64,000 bases of DNA from Tubulanus polymorphus (taxonomy: Eukaryota > Animalia > Nemertea). Positions 51,900 to 64,000 of the stretch are shown here, piece after piece. The position numbers and the translations under genes are program-made. The number at the start of each line of letters is the position of its first letter. Position 1 is the first letter of the stretch. The stretch is taken from the NCBI RefSeq assembly GCF_964204645.1, contig NC_134026.1:11741950-11805949 (forward strand), given 5' to 3'. Below the pieces are notes generated by a model. That model ran no database searches, was not told the origin of the DNA, and saw nothing but the letters and a program-made list of their open reading frames with translations.

Positions 51900-53155
51900 A
51901 TAACAAATTGGAGAACAAAAAGTTGTGAGGGGAGAAACCGTTATTCAAATTAACACTATTTCCCGAGTTTTCAATAATCAGAGCTGATTCCATAATGTGT
52001 CGTTTAATTTTTCCGGACAGTGGAAAATTATGGAGGCATTTTCAAAATCAAAATTGTTGCTGGTTTCGTATACGTGATTGGCAACACCACTTACAGGCTT
52101 AAAATTCTTTACATCATTTCTATGTTCACGCATGCGCTTGTGTAAATCGCGCCCGGTTTCACCAATATATATTTTATTACAAACTTTACAGGGAATTTTA
52201 TATACACCAATCTTCAGGAGTTCAATTTTGGGGGAGTTACGAGTAAGATTATGACTAAGTTTGTTGTTATGAGTAAAAATGAGTGAGTAAAAATGAGTTG
52301 TTTATTTAAGAGATGGAGGGGTTTTAGATTTTTCCAGAAAAGGAACAAAAGGTACAACAACAGGCTGTTTACGCGCGCGGGTCACTTGAGAATGACAGAA
52401 ATGTGAACGATGGACTCTCAAGAGAGCTTTATCCAAAATGTCGTCGGGGGGGGGGGGGGGGGGTTGAATATGCTATTTTATTAATAGAAGTCTTGATCTG
52501 GGTTCATTCATCATCCAAGAAAAGAGGGGCACAAATCCTAAGCGCACGAAGGAATAAGCCTTGCGCAACACTAAGTTTAATGTTGAAGGAGAAATAATGC
52601 AGGTATGATCCAGAGCGGGTAGGTTTCCTATAAACTGATAATTTTAAACAAGACAAACAATTGTGAATACAAACATCAAGGAAAGGGATTATCCCATCAA
52701 CTTTCAATTCAAATGTGAAGTTCAAGGAGGGATAAAAAGAGTTAATAAATGTGAGAAATAGATCAATCTCAAAGTTAAAAGGTAGAAGCACAAGAATATC
52801 ATCAACGTATCGTAACCAAAGTTTAGGGGGAGTATCCGTGTCAAGAGGTAGTAATTCAGTTTCAACATGTTCAAGGAATAGATTCACTAGAATGGGACTA
52901 AGCGGGTTCCCCATAGCCATGCCAAAAACCTGTTCGAAATATGAATTGTTGAAACTAAAGAAGGAGTTCTGAGTGCAAAGTTCAATTGATTCGATGATAC
53001 AATCAGTGGGAATGTCAAAATTAAAATCCAACGAAGGAAGTTTACGTTTAAGAAAATCCAGGGTAGGCCTAAGAGAAACATTGGTGAAAAGAGAACTAGC
53101 ATCAAACGAAATGAATCTATCGTTACCAGGAATAATGTGTTTTAACCGTTCTACT
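51900..53155 (-). mobile_element. Penelope-like retroelement, RT + GIY-YIG remnant
   Basis: SFDASSLFTNV, QVFGMAMGNPLSP, WLRYVDDIL, IPFLDV, VYRKPT; GVYKIPCKVCNKIYIGETGRDLHKRMREH. Confidence 0.92.
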
Positions 53156-53581
53156 TAATCTTGGTTGTGTCGTAAATGCGAGGGGGAGAAAGAACAGGTT
53201 TGGAATGGGCTCTGATTATCGAAAACTCGGGAATTATGTTTATTTGAATAACGGTTTCTCCCCCCACAACTTTTTGATATCCAAATTTCTCGCGTTTCTT
53301 GTACCCCCGTTATATTGACTCCCTCCATTAGGTGCCTTGAATATCGCTTGCTTGTTTCCACTCACTCCCTGATTATCGCCTTTCATGTTCCTTCTCTTTG
53401 TTTTCATCTGATTACCCCTTAGCTTGTCCTCACGTTTTAATCACTTTAGTTTGTGTCTTTTGTTTTTAAATTACTTTAATCTATATTGCCCTTAGTTTGC
53501 CTTTGCTTACTTTACTATTGTTTTCCAGCTGTTCTGTCCATGCTTTAATCTATTCCCCTTTCGACATTTTAATCACTCACT

Positions 53582-54625
53582 CAGACCTGCCAATTGTTAT
53601 GATTTTCCCGTAATCGTTACGGATTGACAGCACAAATTATGGTGTTACGAGTGGGTGCTCAAAAATACGATTTTAGTCTATTTTCATTACGTTTTACGAA
53701 AAACTCAAGCAATGTTACGTTTCTTAAAAAATATGTCGCGAATGAAGTTTAAACAGGTTGATTTTATTATCGGAAACTAAAATAGGAGTTCTTAGCACAG
53801 GCCACTTGTTCTGCTAGTTGATGTACACGCCAAGCTTCCAATCAATATCGCTGAGTTACACAGGCCGCTGGCATATACGTGGTTTCCTGCACGCACTCAA
53901 TACAGTACATCTATCAGCTGGCTGTCAACGGGGCAACCTGCTACTATTGATCTATTGTATATACTCTCTGCTGTAAAAATAATGACAATTGCTTGCAGGC
54001 GTTGAATCATTTTTTGGAAGTAACCTGACTAAGTTAATTTATTTGTATATCAATCGATGATTCTGCGTTATTTATTTGGTCAAAATGAAAAATAAATTAG
54101 AAAAAGAATATTTCTTAACAACGACCTCTCACCGCCAACCAGACGCATCGGTTCTCTGCTGTAATCAGTGTGTCTGTACATGGCGGGTACCGCGACCAGG
54201 ATTGCAATGATTTAATAGATTTAGACGTCATTTTAAGTGATGAACCTAATCAATAAGGAACCGGCAACAAAGAGAAGGAAGCCCACCATTTTGAAGATAA
54301 TGCACTGTTAAGTTTCCTTGCATGAATGTTTTGTAGAGGCTCACACTCACACTTTTTTTGTACTGACTAGTGACGAGTTAAGTATTAGTAGCGTTAGGAG
54401 TTGACAATAATAATCTACACGTCTCATGCCGGTATTACAAACGTACAATATCATATCGACAATTGAAATGAAAAAACACAACGCAAAATCAAGTAAAATT
54501 AACCGTTTTTTTGTTCAATCCAGCGCCATATTATACAGTACACGCTTGTTACTGAAAAGCTTCAGATATTACTGAAAATTTATGATATTGTTCTGATTTA
54601 GTCAGACACGGGGTTGGCAGGTCTG
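53582..54625. mobile_element. hAT-like non-autonomous element with 6-bp TSD CTCACT
   Basis: CTCACT|CAGACCTGCCAA ... TTGGCAGGTCTG|CTCACT. Confidence 0.85.
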
Positions 54626-54684
54626 CTCACTCTGTTACTATTGTTTTGGTATTGTATAAAAATCTTGTAATATTCTCCTGTTCT

Positions 54685-54724
54685 CACCTGATGATGGCTA
54701 ATAGTCTTTAGCCGAAGCGTTGCG
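54685..54724 (+). ncRNA. Minimal hammerhead ribozyme-like motif (mutated)
   Basis: CTGATGA-TGGCTAATAGTCTTTAGCC-GAAGCGTTG. Confidence 0.5.
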
Positions 54725-54794
54725 CAAATATATATATACTCTTCTATTCAAGTTTCTTGTTTTGGCTGAATTTATTGTGGGATTTCTCTCGTTA

Positions 54795-55537
54795 GGTGAG
54801 ACAGGTATTTTTGATCAGCCAATTATCAAGCAATTGGTGGCCATCTTGGTTTCATCAGTATTCATTCGTAGGTGGAAATAAGTTTTTCCACATTATATTG
54901 ATACCTTAGCATATTCTGTTACCACAACCAATTGGAAAGTTGATTGGTTTTTGTATGTGGCCACCAAGGGGCGTTGAATAAAATAATAACTTAGTATTTT
55001 GATATTACATTGGTACCTATGCATATTTTGTTACCACAATCAATTGCAAAGATATCGCTCATGACATGGTACATGGTTGTGGTGAGTTTCAAGGTCATTA
55101 GTTGTTCTATATGGTCACCAGGGGGTGTTGAATAGTAGAATAACTTATATTGGTACCTAGGCATAATATGCCTATATATATATATATATGGTGACAGAAT
55201 ATTATTTTGTCACCATAATTGATTGCAAAATTGTAGCTTATGACACATTCTATGTTTGTGGTGAGTTTCAAGGTCATTGGGTTTTGTATTGGTCATCAGG
55301 GGCATCGAATAGTAGAATAACTTAGTATATCCATACCATATTTGTGCCGAGGCATATTTTGCTATCACAATCAATTGCAAAATTGTAGCTGCTGATATTT
55401 CTAAGATTGTGGTGAGTTTCAAGGTCATTGGTTTGTGTATATGGTCACCAGGGGACGTTGAATATTGAAATTTTTTGGTGATTGTTGTCAATTTGAAACC
55501 ACTTTCCAAGTGGGCATGGCGTCCCTGGACCCCTAGT
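54795..55537 (+). mobile_element. Helentron-like family A, 5'-truncated
   Basis: 154-bp-type units and intact 3' terminus ...CCAAGTGGGCATGGCGTCCCTGGACCCCTAGT. Confidence 0.85.
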
Positions 55538-57502
55538 TTGTCAATAGAATTCATGTACATGCCCACAAATAACTGAATACTCTTTGAGCTGTGGTAGGAA
55601 GGAAAATAACATCAAATCTAATTCAACTCTATTCTGCATGGAGTTTAATGAGATGAGGAAAAATTGATCCTAGGTATTTTTTCCAGACTGTTACTTTAAA
55701 AAACATGATAATGCTGTGTGAATTGTATTGAAGCAGAAAGTGTATTTTGTCACATATAATCCACAAATTGCAACATGCATGAAAATCAAATATCACTGAC
55801 TGGCCGTTGTCCACCTGCTCTTGTTTCAAACTTAATACAGAAGTATGCCAACAGTGAGTTGTATCGAAAAATGATGTGAGCGTGATAGAGCCTCCAATTC
55901 TCCACACATTTTTGGCGGACCATACGTTTGCCTATGCAAACAGTCTGGTGAAGCAGTTTTCATTGAAAATGAATTGAGTGTGTCAACAAGGCACAAACAT
56001 TGACTATTGTACCAATAGTGTTGATTTTTGGTTTTATGGTTTGACTTAATGAGTTCTCGAGCCCACAAAAATTTCATAGTGATCGAGTTATTTTTAGGGG
56101 ACTTATTCTTGAAAAACATGTAAAAACCCTGCTTTTTAACACTATATAATGACACGTTTTTACATATGACAATTTGCATACTTGGAATTGAAATATGTAA
56201 AAATTCAATCCCTCCTGGAAGTGTTGTTGTTTTTTGTTCGACTGATCTTCATGTACTTTTCGACCTACAGGCCCTCACTTTATAAAGCCCCTTAATTTTC
56301 TCGCTTCTATTTATTTGAGTTGACCTTTTAACCTGAGCTACAATGAATGTGATTGGCTGTTTGTGGGATATATGGGAAATTCTGGAAATTTCGGCGCTTC
56401 TGCTGTAATTGGGAAAGCCTATTGGAACCCAAAACAAAATAGAGCATTTCATTCGGCTAGGTATCGTCTGTTCGCTTATAATTTGTTCGTTGTTACGAAT
56501 ATAAGCAAGTAGGCTATTTAATTCAGTATATGAACTAGCAAGTATGATGATACCAATGGCAGGGTTCGTAGCGGGTTTTCCAAGTGGGTATTTATTTGTA
56601 TATTTATGGAAAAAATCGTAGCCAGTATTTGCTTTGATTTCCATGAAAAAAACAAACAAAAAGTCTGCATATGTTTGTATTTTTTCACATTTTGTGGATG
56701 GATGGATTCTGACTTGTGAAATTGCAGTCAATCTATTAATACTGCGTTGCTAATACATTTGTAGGCCTACAGTATATGGCTGTGTGTTGGAAATTACCTG
56801 AGCGAGTCTATAGATAGGCAATGATAGTATACACAGCACTCTCACTAACTGTGCAACTGAGCATATACTCATACTAATCATTCATTAAAGTGTTACCCAT
56901 TCTCCAAATCCTAGCGAGCTGAATTGTGAAAAGATTAATATGAGTTTTTTTCCCGCAAAAATCTGAACACAAAAATATTGGTTTTAAAAAGCCAATCAGA
57001 AGGCAAAGACTCCCTTAGCCGCAGAAATCAGCAGGTGTTCACGTGAACACATGTTTTACTTCCAGGTTTTATTTTAAGATTTAAAGTTGTCTTTCAAGAT
57101 TGATTTCTGTGAAATCGTAAGTTGATTTGGTTTTTGGGTGGAATATTTTTATTTGTAAAATAGCATTATCTCAAATCGCATGGATGACCTTGATATGGTT
57201 ATTGGCCATGTGCTCAAACTGCAAATTCAATCAAATTTTATATTGCAAAAATATTCAATTTCACTTTATTGAACAAATAAAACATCAAATCCAATTCAAT
57301 TTTGTTTTATTGATCAAATTTCTGAAAAATTGGTTTTCTTCCCAATTCAAATAAATAAGACCAAGGGAAAAGATTGATCTGAGGTATTTTTTCCTGCCAG
57401 CTCCTTGTCTGTGCTACTTATGAAAACACAATTGCACTGTGTAAATTATAGGCATTGACCAGGTATAGAATACATGCAATATGAGCTCTTGCGCGAACTG
57501 TT

Positions 57503-57735
57503 ACTCGCGCGAGCATTCTACGAATTCAGCGCTTTGCGCGAGGTGAAACTATCGACGGGAGCCGTTCGAGTACGCGAGCTTTAAACTCGCGCGAGCATTC
57601 TACGAATTCAGCGCTTTGCGGGAGGTGAAACTATCAACGGGAGCCGTTCGAGTACGCGAGCTTTAAACCACCACTCCGCCCCGTTCGAGTGCGCGAGCTT
57701 TAAACCACCACTCCGCCCCGTTCTAGTACGCAAGA
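57503..57735 (+). repeat. Subterminal tandem repeats (2 x 82 bp, then ~2 x 37 bp) rich in (G/A)CGCGAG
   Basis: 57503-57584 ~ 57585-57666; 57667-57703 repeated. Confidence 0.9.
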
Positions 57736-58538
57736 TTTTTTGAGAACATTTTTATACGCAAATACGATATTCAGATATTTTATGAACATGTTTGATGAAC
57801 ATTTTACGCCTAAGTTGCACGGATTTAGGAAAACCCACAACCACGTATATTCATGATGAATCATCATAGGCCTACGACGGTACTACAAGTAATGCTGAGA
57901 TCGTCTCAATTGATTGACGGATTGCCATAAAAACAGCAATTTTTATTTCCCGATCTTACTTTTCTGCAAGAAGTCATAAAAATTATCTTTGTGCATATAT
58001 ATATATATTTGAAATTTTGAATAATGCGTTATATAGAAAAATGGTTTTCATTTAAAAGATAAAAAATAAAAAACCACCGTCCTCGACGTTTCCAACTAAG
58101 CCGCGAGTTTTCAGTATTTTTAACTTACACAGCTCGTAGAATCGTATATTTGTTAATCGTGGAATCAAGATGCAAATTGTGGTGAATTTTAGTGGGAACT
58201 AGACGCCATGATGAATCATTTAACCCTCTAACTTGATTAGTTATTTTTGTATTTGGCTCGGCGAACTAATTTAACAAATTAATCCTAAACAAAAAGACAT
58301 ATTTTGCAAATGTAGTGGGAACTACTAATTTTTAGTAGCCGCCGCCGCAAATTGTGACTGAATGATTATGCCCCTAAATGCGTAATTAGATTAAACCATA
58401 CATTGTCATCTCTCCCTGATTTTCAATATAAATTCTTAAGCCTTGAATTATAAACCTTAATATACATTCAACCTTCCAAACGAAAAGACTACATTTTATA
58501 GCTCCTTGAAATACATTCCGATACGTACACGTGTGATA

Positions 58539-60282
58539 ATGAATGCTGCGGCGCGTAAGGCATGGCAACAGGTCGAAAAAGCAGTTAAAAGATACGCGGA
58601 GGTGACCAAAAACGAAGTTGCAGCTTTGTGTTTTTTTGAAAACCGATCCCAAAAGATTGAGAGTGTTTTGACTGGGACTAGCGATTTAATGCAGGAATTA
58701 ACCGAAAAAAGTGGCGAAATCTTGGAGAATATGAATAAAAGAAAAGGTGATGACCGTGATGGAGTGATATTGTCATGTGAAAAACTTTGCCTGCCGGATG
58801 TGAAGAAAATTTATGGAAGATCATTATGCGATTTGAACAGCAATGAAGTTCGAGGACTTTGCGCTAATTTAGTATTCACGAGCAGAAAACTCTTAGGAAG
58901 GATAGGTAACAATCCGAAATGGGGTGACGAATCGCAACGTTTACCCTGGTGGCCTGAAACACTGGAATGGAAAAATCCCCGGTGTGATTTCAGACCAAAA
59001 AATCAGCGTGATATAACATTTGCAGAAGCTATACGCAAAGTTTGTGGAGCTGCATATCAGTTCCATGAAGTATCTCAACTAGCCGGTAAGTTTTTTATGT
59101 AATAATATTTAATGACATTATTTTTTTCATGAGGCCTTTCATATAGTTCGAACAATTAGAATACATATAATTAGTATCTTCAAGAAGTGATATAAAAGCG
59201 GTGGATAAATTTAATATCATAAACTTATTTACCTGTGAACCTAATTTAGCAAACTAAGGGAGCAGTGAGATATGACCATCGTAAATTTAACTAAATGCAT
59301 TTAATTTTAGACTGCCTTTTTCATGATTAAAAAAGTTGGTCTCAATATACATGTAACAATGTTGAAATATATGTCCACTTCTCAACAGGCGATGACATTC
59401 TGGCAGAACTGACACGGCTTTCAGAAAATTCGTCATTCGTTTCTGTATTACCAGCACCAGTTGAATTCGCCGATGTACCAGAGACTGAATTCGCAGATGT
59501 ACTAGAGACAAGTAAGTAACACAGGAGACTTGTTTGACATTAGTTGGGCTATTTATCCTAATGTTTTGGATGTTCAAATAATAACTAAAAATTCTAACAT
59601 TTTTCCAAACTGCAGCAAGATATTCTTTACAGTATATACAAATACATTTTTCTGAGTTAACCTTCAAAAATCTAAAGTTCTGATCTATATACATGTCGAT
59701 ATTCTAAAAATTATAAAAATGTATGAATTCTATTACGAAAATAATGTAAATTATTTCTTTGTCTACGTATTTTAGCCGAGAGCTCGTCATGTAACCCAAG
59801 TGCTGTCAATCATCTGCCTCCATCATTTCAACTCGGCGAGTCCATGATTATGGAAACAATTGAAAATGGCAACATCAGTGACATCTTGAAGCTGAACGTA
59901 ACAGAAATATCAGGTAAATAAATACATTAATGCCTAATAACATTTTTCTTCAAAAATCTAAAGTTCAGATCTATATACATGTCGATATTTTAAAAATTAT
60001 AAAAATGTATGAAATAATAAAATTCAACTTATGAATGAAATTATCAATTAAATAATTGTATGAGTTCATGAAATAATAATTTTCTAAATAGCCAGGATGA
60101 ACGAATATGATGGACCTGAAATCCTAAGCAGCACAACAGATGATGTTTATGAAGACAGTAGCTCGAAAGGTGATAAAGCCGTCAGCAAAACATCAATAAC
60201 AACAGAAACTAAACGCCCTAACAGGAAGAGGAAACCAACAGAGAAAATGTCTGAGTACTTGAAGAAGCGCAAAGTTCTGTAA
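58539..60282 (+). CDS. NRF1/Erect wing/P3A2-like DNA-binding protein, 4 exons, 332 aa
   Basis: Exons 58539-59085, 59389-59511, 59776-59913, 60092-60282 (999 nt, in frame, GT-AG). PKWGDESQRLPWWPETLEWKNPRCDFR...FAEAIRKV...YQFH parallels NRF1 PGWGKESCKPIWWPEDIPWANVRSDVR...WTQALRTIV...YKQH. Basic NLS-like C-terminus; AATAAA at 60294. Confidence 0.8.
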
Positions 60283-60364
60283 ATACATGTATCAATAAAA
60301 CAATTAAAATATTCATATTTCCTTGATGTTATAGAATCAATATTTGAGGAAAGGTACTTTATCA

Positions 60365-63288
60365 CTACGATGCATTAATCTTCTGTTTCTTATCCCTATT
60401 CTTTATTGTTAAAAACAAAGCAATGTTACGAACAAAGTTTTCAGGTTTCATGTATGCAAGCTGAGCTTTTAACCTTACAATGCCAGCATTAGCTTGTTCA
60501 TTGATTTGAGTATTAATGCTGTGCAGGTCAACATTGGACTTGTATGTATCTAACTTGTAACCTTCACAGCATCCAACATGATTCTTCCAATGCATACGGT
60601 CAACACAGAACATAGTATCTTGAAAAAACTGTGGTTCCCTAAAAATCATATAAAAGAAAGTAAATACTTTAAGAAATAGAATTATTTCTAAATAAGGTCA
60701 CGTGCAATGAGATATTTTACTATTGCGATTACAATTATTTGTTTTAAAAAAACATACCGGTTCAAGCTATACTGATGTAGGCGACAGGCATTGTCATATA
60801 CAATAACTTTCGGAGCTTTTGCAAATCTTGTTTTGAAGATGCTAAAAGGGTGCCTGGGAGATTCGTGACTCTGCATAACCTAATTAATAAAAGTGGATAG
60901 TTTATTTCATACATGAGTGTAGTTAAAAATTACACTGATCAATTAAGTTAGGCATTAATAACTTTAAAACACACTGTATACATAATTTAAGATGCAATAA
61001 TAAAAATAAATTAAATAATAATTTGTTTTTAATCTTAAATCCTGTATGTAGTAGGTTTGAAACTTATTATCTGTTCTCCACATTGAGTGGTAATTCTACT
61101 ATTAAGTTAGACACATACCTGGAAACCATAGTTAACACCATGCGAACAGAAAACTGTGAAGATGCCCGGAGTTAACACCCAGTGAGTTTTTGCATACTTG
61201 TTACAACTATCACCTCTTCTATATTTAACACGGTCATTCTTTGCATCCATTTCGTAGTTTCCGTCTCTAAAATAATGAAGGGTCAAATAAATCAGGTATA
61301 TTTACAATACAATTTTACTTGTTGCATAATTACTGTTTCACTAATTATTACCTGTGTAGTTTTGGGAGACAGGGAAAAAACTTAATGTATTGAACAGATC
61401 TTCATTTGTTGATTCCTGCAGCACATGCTTGGGATAATCAGATACCTGCAAGAAAAAGTAAAGTTCATGCTATCATGGAGTTAACTAGTTTTTCAATTTA
61501 TAATTTTTAATTTATTATCACATAATGTACCTGGAAGCAGACTTTGGCACGTTGAATAAGATCCCTCAGGAAACCAATACAATACTCATCTAATCTACCA
61601 GTAGACTGTCTGATATTCTGAATGTAGTTGTGTATAATAGGTGCACATCTTATGAGCTCGCCTATTTCAGCATGGTTTTCGCTTTTAAAAAAATCAGTTT
61701 CAGCAGAAAGACATCTTTCGACTAGAGCAGCATTTGTATGAAGTTCGTTGACTGCACAACTGCACAAGCTGGTCCATTGCATGATGAACACTCTATCATC
61801 ATGTTTACTCCCAGAAGTCACAGGACTATCTGCAGATATTATAGGCTGAACATCTTGCAATGAATGGAACAAATCCTTACGAAAACCGAGATCTACACCA
61901 TCGCTTATTACCACGCTTGGGTAATCTTTACAAAGTGGACAATGAAACTCTGATGTCCAGTTGAAATCGAGAAGTCGCATGAATGCACTCCAACTCTTTT
62001 GCAATGTGTGCCGCGGTATTACTGATGATCTTAGTGAAATATTTGCGGATCTCTCCAAGCTTCTGGAATAAATACACAATCAGAATGCAAATGTCTGGTT
62101 ACTTTCTCCATTAGTTGTTGTATATTATTGAAAGTTACTAAATAAACAAACCCCAACTACCTTTGATATGATGACAGGGGATTTCTAGCCTCAGGCATGC
62201 CATGCAGATATTTGAACAACAGTCTGTAATCTACCAGTTGACAGTTATTAACATTCAACAGTAATTCCCTCTGTCCATCAAAGAAGAACTGACAATTACA
62301 ATCACCGATTGATGGTCGATTATTCACTGCAAAATAAATATCATTACTTGAATATTAAAATAAATTTCATGGGATAAAGTTTAAAAATGTGTCAATACTT
62401 TAAATATATGTACATACAGGCTCGTACATACCATTTATTCTTTTCAAAACACCACCAAGCAATGTGAACTCCTGGCTGCCTGTTTCATTAAATACAGTGG
62501 CCTTTTTATCGAAACGCCCATTCATCAGAACAGGATCGCGACAATCCCACGAAAAATTATGAGTACATCTTGACTCTGCATCAAAAATAGGCACAAAATT
62601 CTCTGGGTATGGCATGCCATACATTCGGTTCTGTAAGACCATCTGCAGTTCAGTGGGTAGCGGATAAGAAATAAGATGACGTGACACTACCGACATGCTT
62701 GTGTGAATATGTGAAACATTTGATAACGGAGGCTGAGGTTGTATGCCCTTTTCATCACACCAGTCTTTATACATGTTAACATCAACACAATTTGAATTGT
62801 ATTTGCATGTTTCACAAATAAAATGCGCCATGCGACCGCTCCACTTAACAATGTTCACTGACTGTTGACAGGTAGCAGAAATTAATATAGGCGCTTGCGA
62901 CAGAATATGGATATCTGTTCCATCAGCTGGCCACACACACATTTCTATATCCCTGTATAACATAGTTATGGCAAAGCAATGCTTGCAATAATTTGCTTCA
63001 CACCGGACCTTAAACTGAGAGATTGCTTCCGTTAAATTTTTGTCCAATGACGATAATTCTTTCATGCGCCCGTATCCAACGGGACAGTTACAATTTAATA
63101 TCGAGCACTCTCCATCCGCCGAAAAGTATCGCAATTGCTTCTTTACAATGAAATGTTCGTTGCCATCTGCCAGTACAAAGACTCCAGGAAATAAATCCCA
63201 GTATTCTTTGTTCTTTCTTAAAGTCATCAAATATATCTTATTTTCATCCAACGGACATTCTATGTGTACGGTTGTGACACTTGGATTA
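60365..63288 (-). pseudogene. KDZ/Zisupton-type (HMGXB3 C-terminal-like) transposase with SWIM and CxC-type Cys clusters, multi-exon
   Basis: Exons 63288-62432, 62326-62161, 62062-61531, 61445-61352, 61266-61119, 60879-60758, 60638-60365. Motifs CNC...CKH, FHCPLC...VISDG..LG, CNK...LTPGIFTVFCSHG, ESP, YDNACRL, VDRMHWKNH, NTQINEQAN. One apparent 1-nt frameshift near 61372; upstream exon(s) degenerate or outside window. Confidence 0.85.
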
Positions 63289-64000
63289 CTGAAATAAAAA
63301 AATATAAATATATATATATATATATAAATTACTAAATATTAAAAATAAATAAATAAAACATTTTTAAGTTTAAAATCAATCATCCTGGTTTCCACATGTT
63401 TTACTCAGGATCAAACATAAAAAATGAAAAAAGAAATACATGCGTGAAAACAATGTCATCACAGAGGTCATTATTTCGGATAATCCCTTCGAGCTGAGCG
63501 AGCGAGCGCTCGAACTACGACGACAACGCCCCCAATCGGCCTCTTTCTGTTTATCATTTGATTTCTATAAGTCACAGAGGAAAGCTAAAACAATCCTATT
63601 CTGGATACAGTTAAATTTCTGGTAAGTTGATTCAATATAGCTACAAACCTGGTTTTATTTTGTTGCGAGCGCGATTTCAATGACATTGACAATTATTGGC
63701 TTTCTACTCGACCGTCACCGGTCGTTGTCGTTGTTGTTGCATCATCGCCACCTTGCTGACGATTTTCAAATAATCCTCTTCGACGACGTTTCTTGCACGG
63801 CTGCTTTTTCTCCTCTAATTTTTGTTTTTTTTTAACAATCCACGTGGCTTAATCGAGGCATAATTATTCATATAAATATCTAAAGTATGCACACGGAGAC
63901 GTGACGTTCACGCCGCTTTCTTAGCTTGTGATTGTTAAGAGTGCCATAAACTGGCACGGCAGGCTTGTGTTGCCCTGTTAGCACGCGGACTAGGCCAAAT

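Larger units (their letters stand above)
53195..54790 (+). mobile_element. Inverted Penelope 3' end/pLTR (interrupted by a hAT-like element)
   Basis: 53200-53290 is an inverted copy of 51900-51990; T-rich UTR ending in a hammerhead-like motif. Confidence 0.7.
57461..64000. mobile_element. KDZ/Zisupton-like DNA transposon with convergent NRF1-like gene (other end outside window)
   Basis: Interrupts a repeat also seen at 34305-34416; terminal tandem repeats; KDZ transposase exons. Confidence 0.75.

Noticed and set aside
51607-51900. Kolobok-like start TTAAAGGGG
   Set aside because: Truncated by the Penelope element; no second end or coding evidence.
56249-56731. 160-aa minus-strand ORF
   Set aside because: No recognisable motif or splice context; likely spurious in AT-rich repeat DNA.
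57503-57735. Possible CRISPR-like array
   Set aside because: Simple tandem duplications without unique spacers, in eukaryotic context with no cas genes.
58539-60282. Calling this the host NRF1 ortholog
   Set aside because: Far more diverged than orthologs usually are, lacks the typical NRF1 N-terminal and activation regions, and lies inside a TE insertion; no gene symbol assigned.
60365-63288. Calling this host HMGXB3
   Set aside because: No HMG box seen, lesions present, TE context.

Overview
AT-rich animal (invertebrate-type) genomic DNA. The only clear host gene is a spliced HOOK-family microtubule/dynein adaptor (HOOK3-like) on the + strand. I traced 17 GT-AG exons from 2808 to 49614 that join into 623 uninterrupted codons. 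The first and last exons appear to lie outside the window, so essentially all remaining sequence is intronic and filled with nested mobile DNA: a two-gene PIF/Harbinger element, at least three families of non-autonomous Helentron-like elements (one carrying 154-bp tandem arrays of CTCF-consensus motifs), two Penelope-like elements with inverted tails and hammerhead-like motifs, BEL/Pao fragments, a full-length degenerate DIRS retrotransposon, and many MITEs. The most striking item is at 57.46-64 kb: a multi-exon KDZ/Zisupton (HMGXB3-like) transposase lying tail-to-tail with an intact four-exon gene for an NRF1/Erect-wing-like DNA-binding protein, next to GCGC-rich terminal repeats. A second unusual item is a TIR element (5.3-9.66 kb) carrying a spliced CIDE-N-like domain. 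All family assignments are by eye from motifs; no searches were run.
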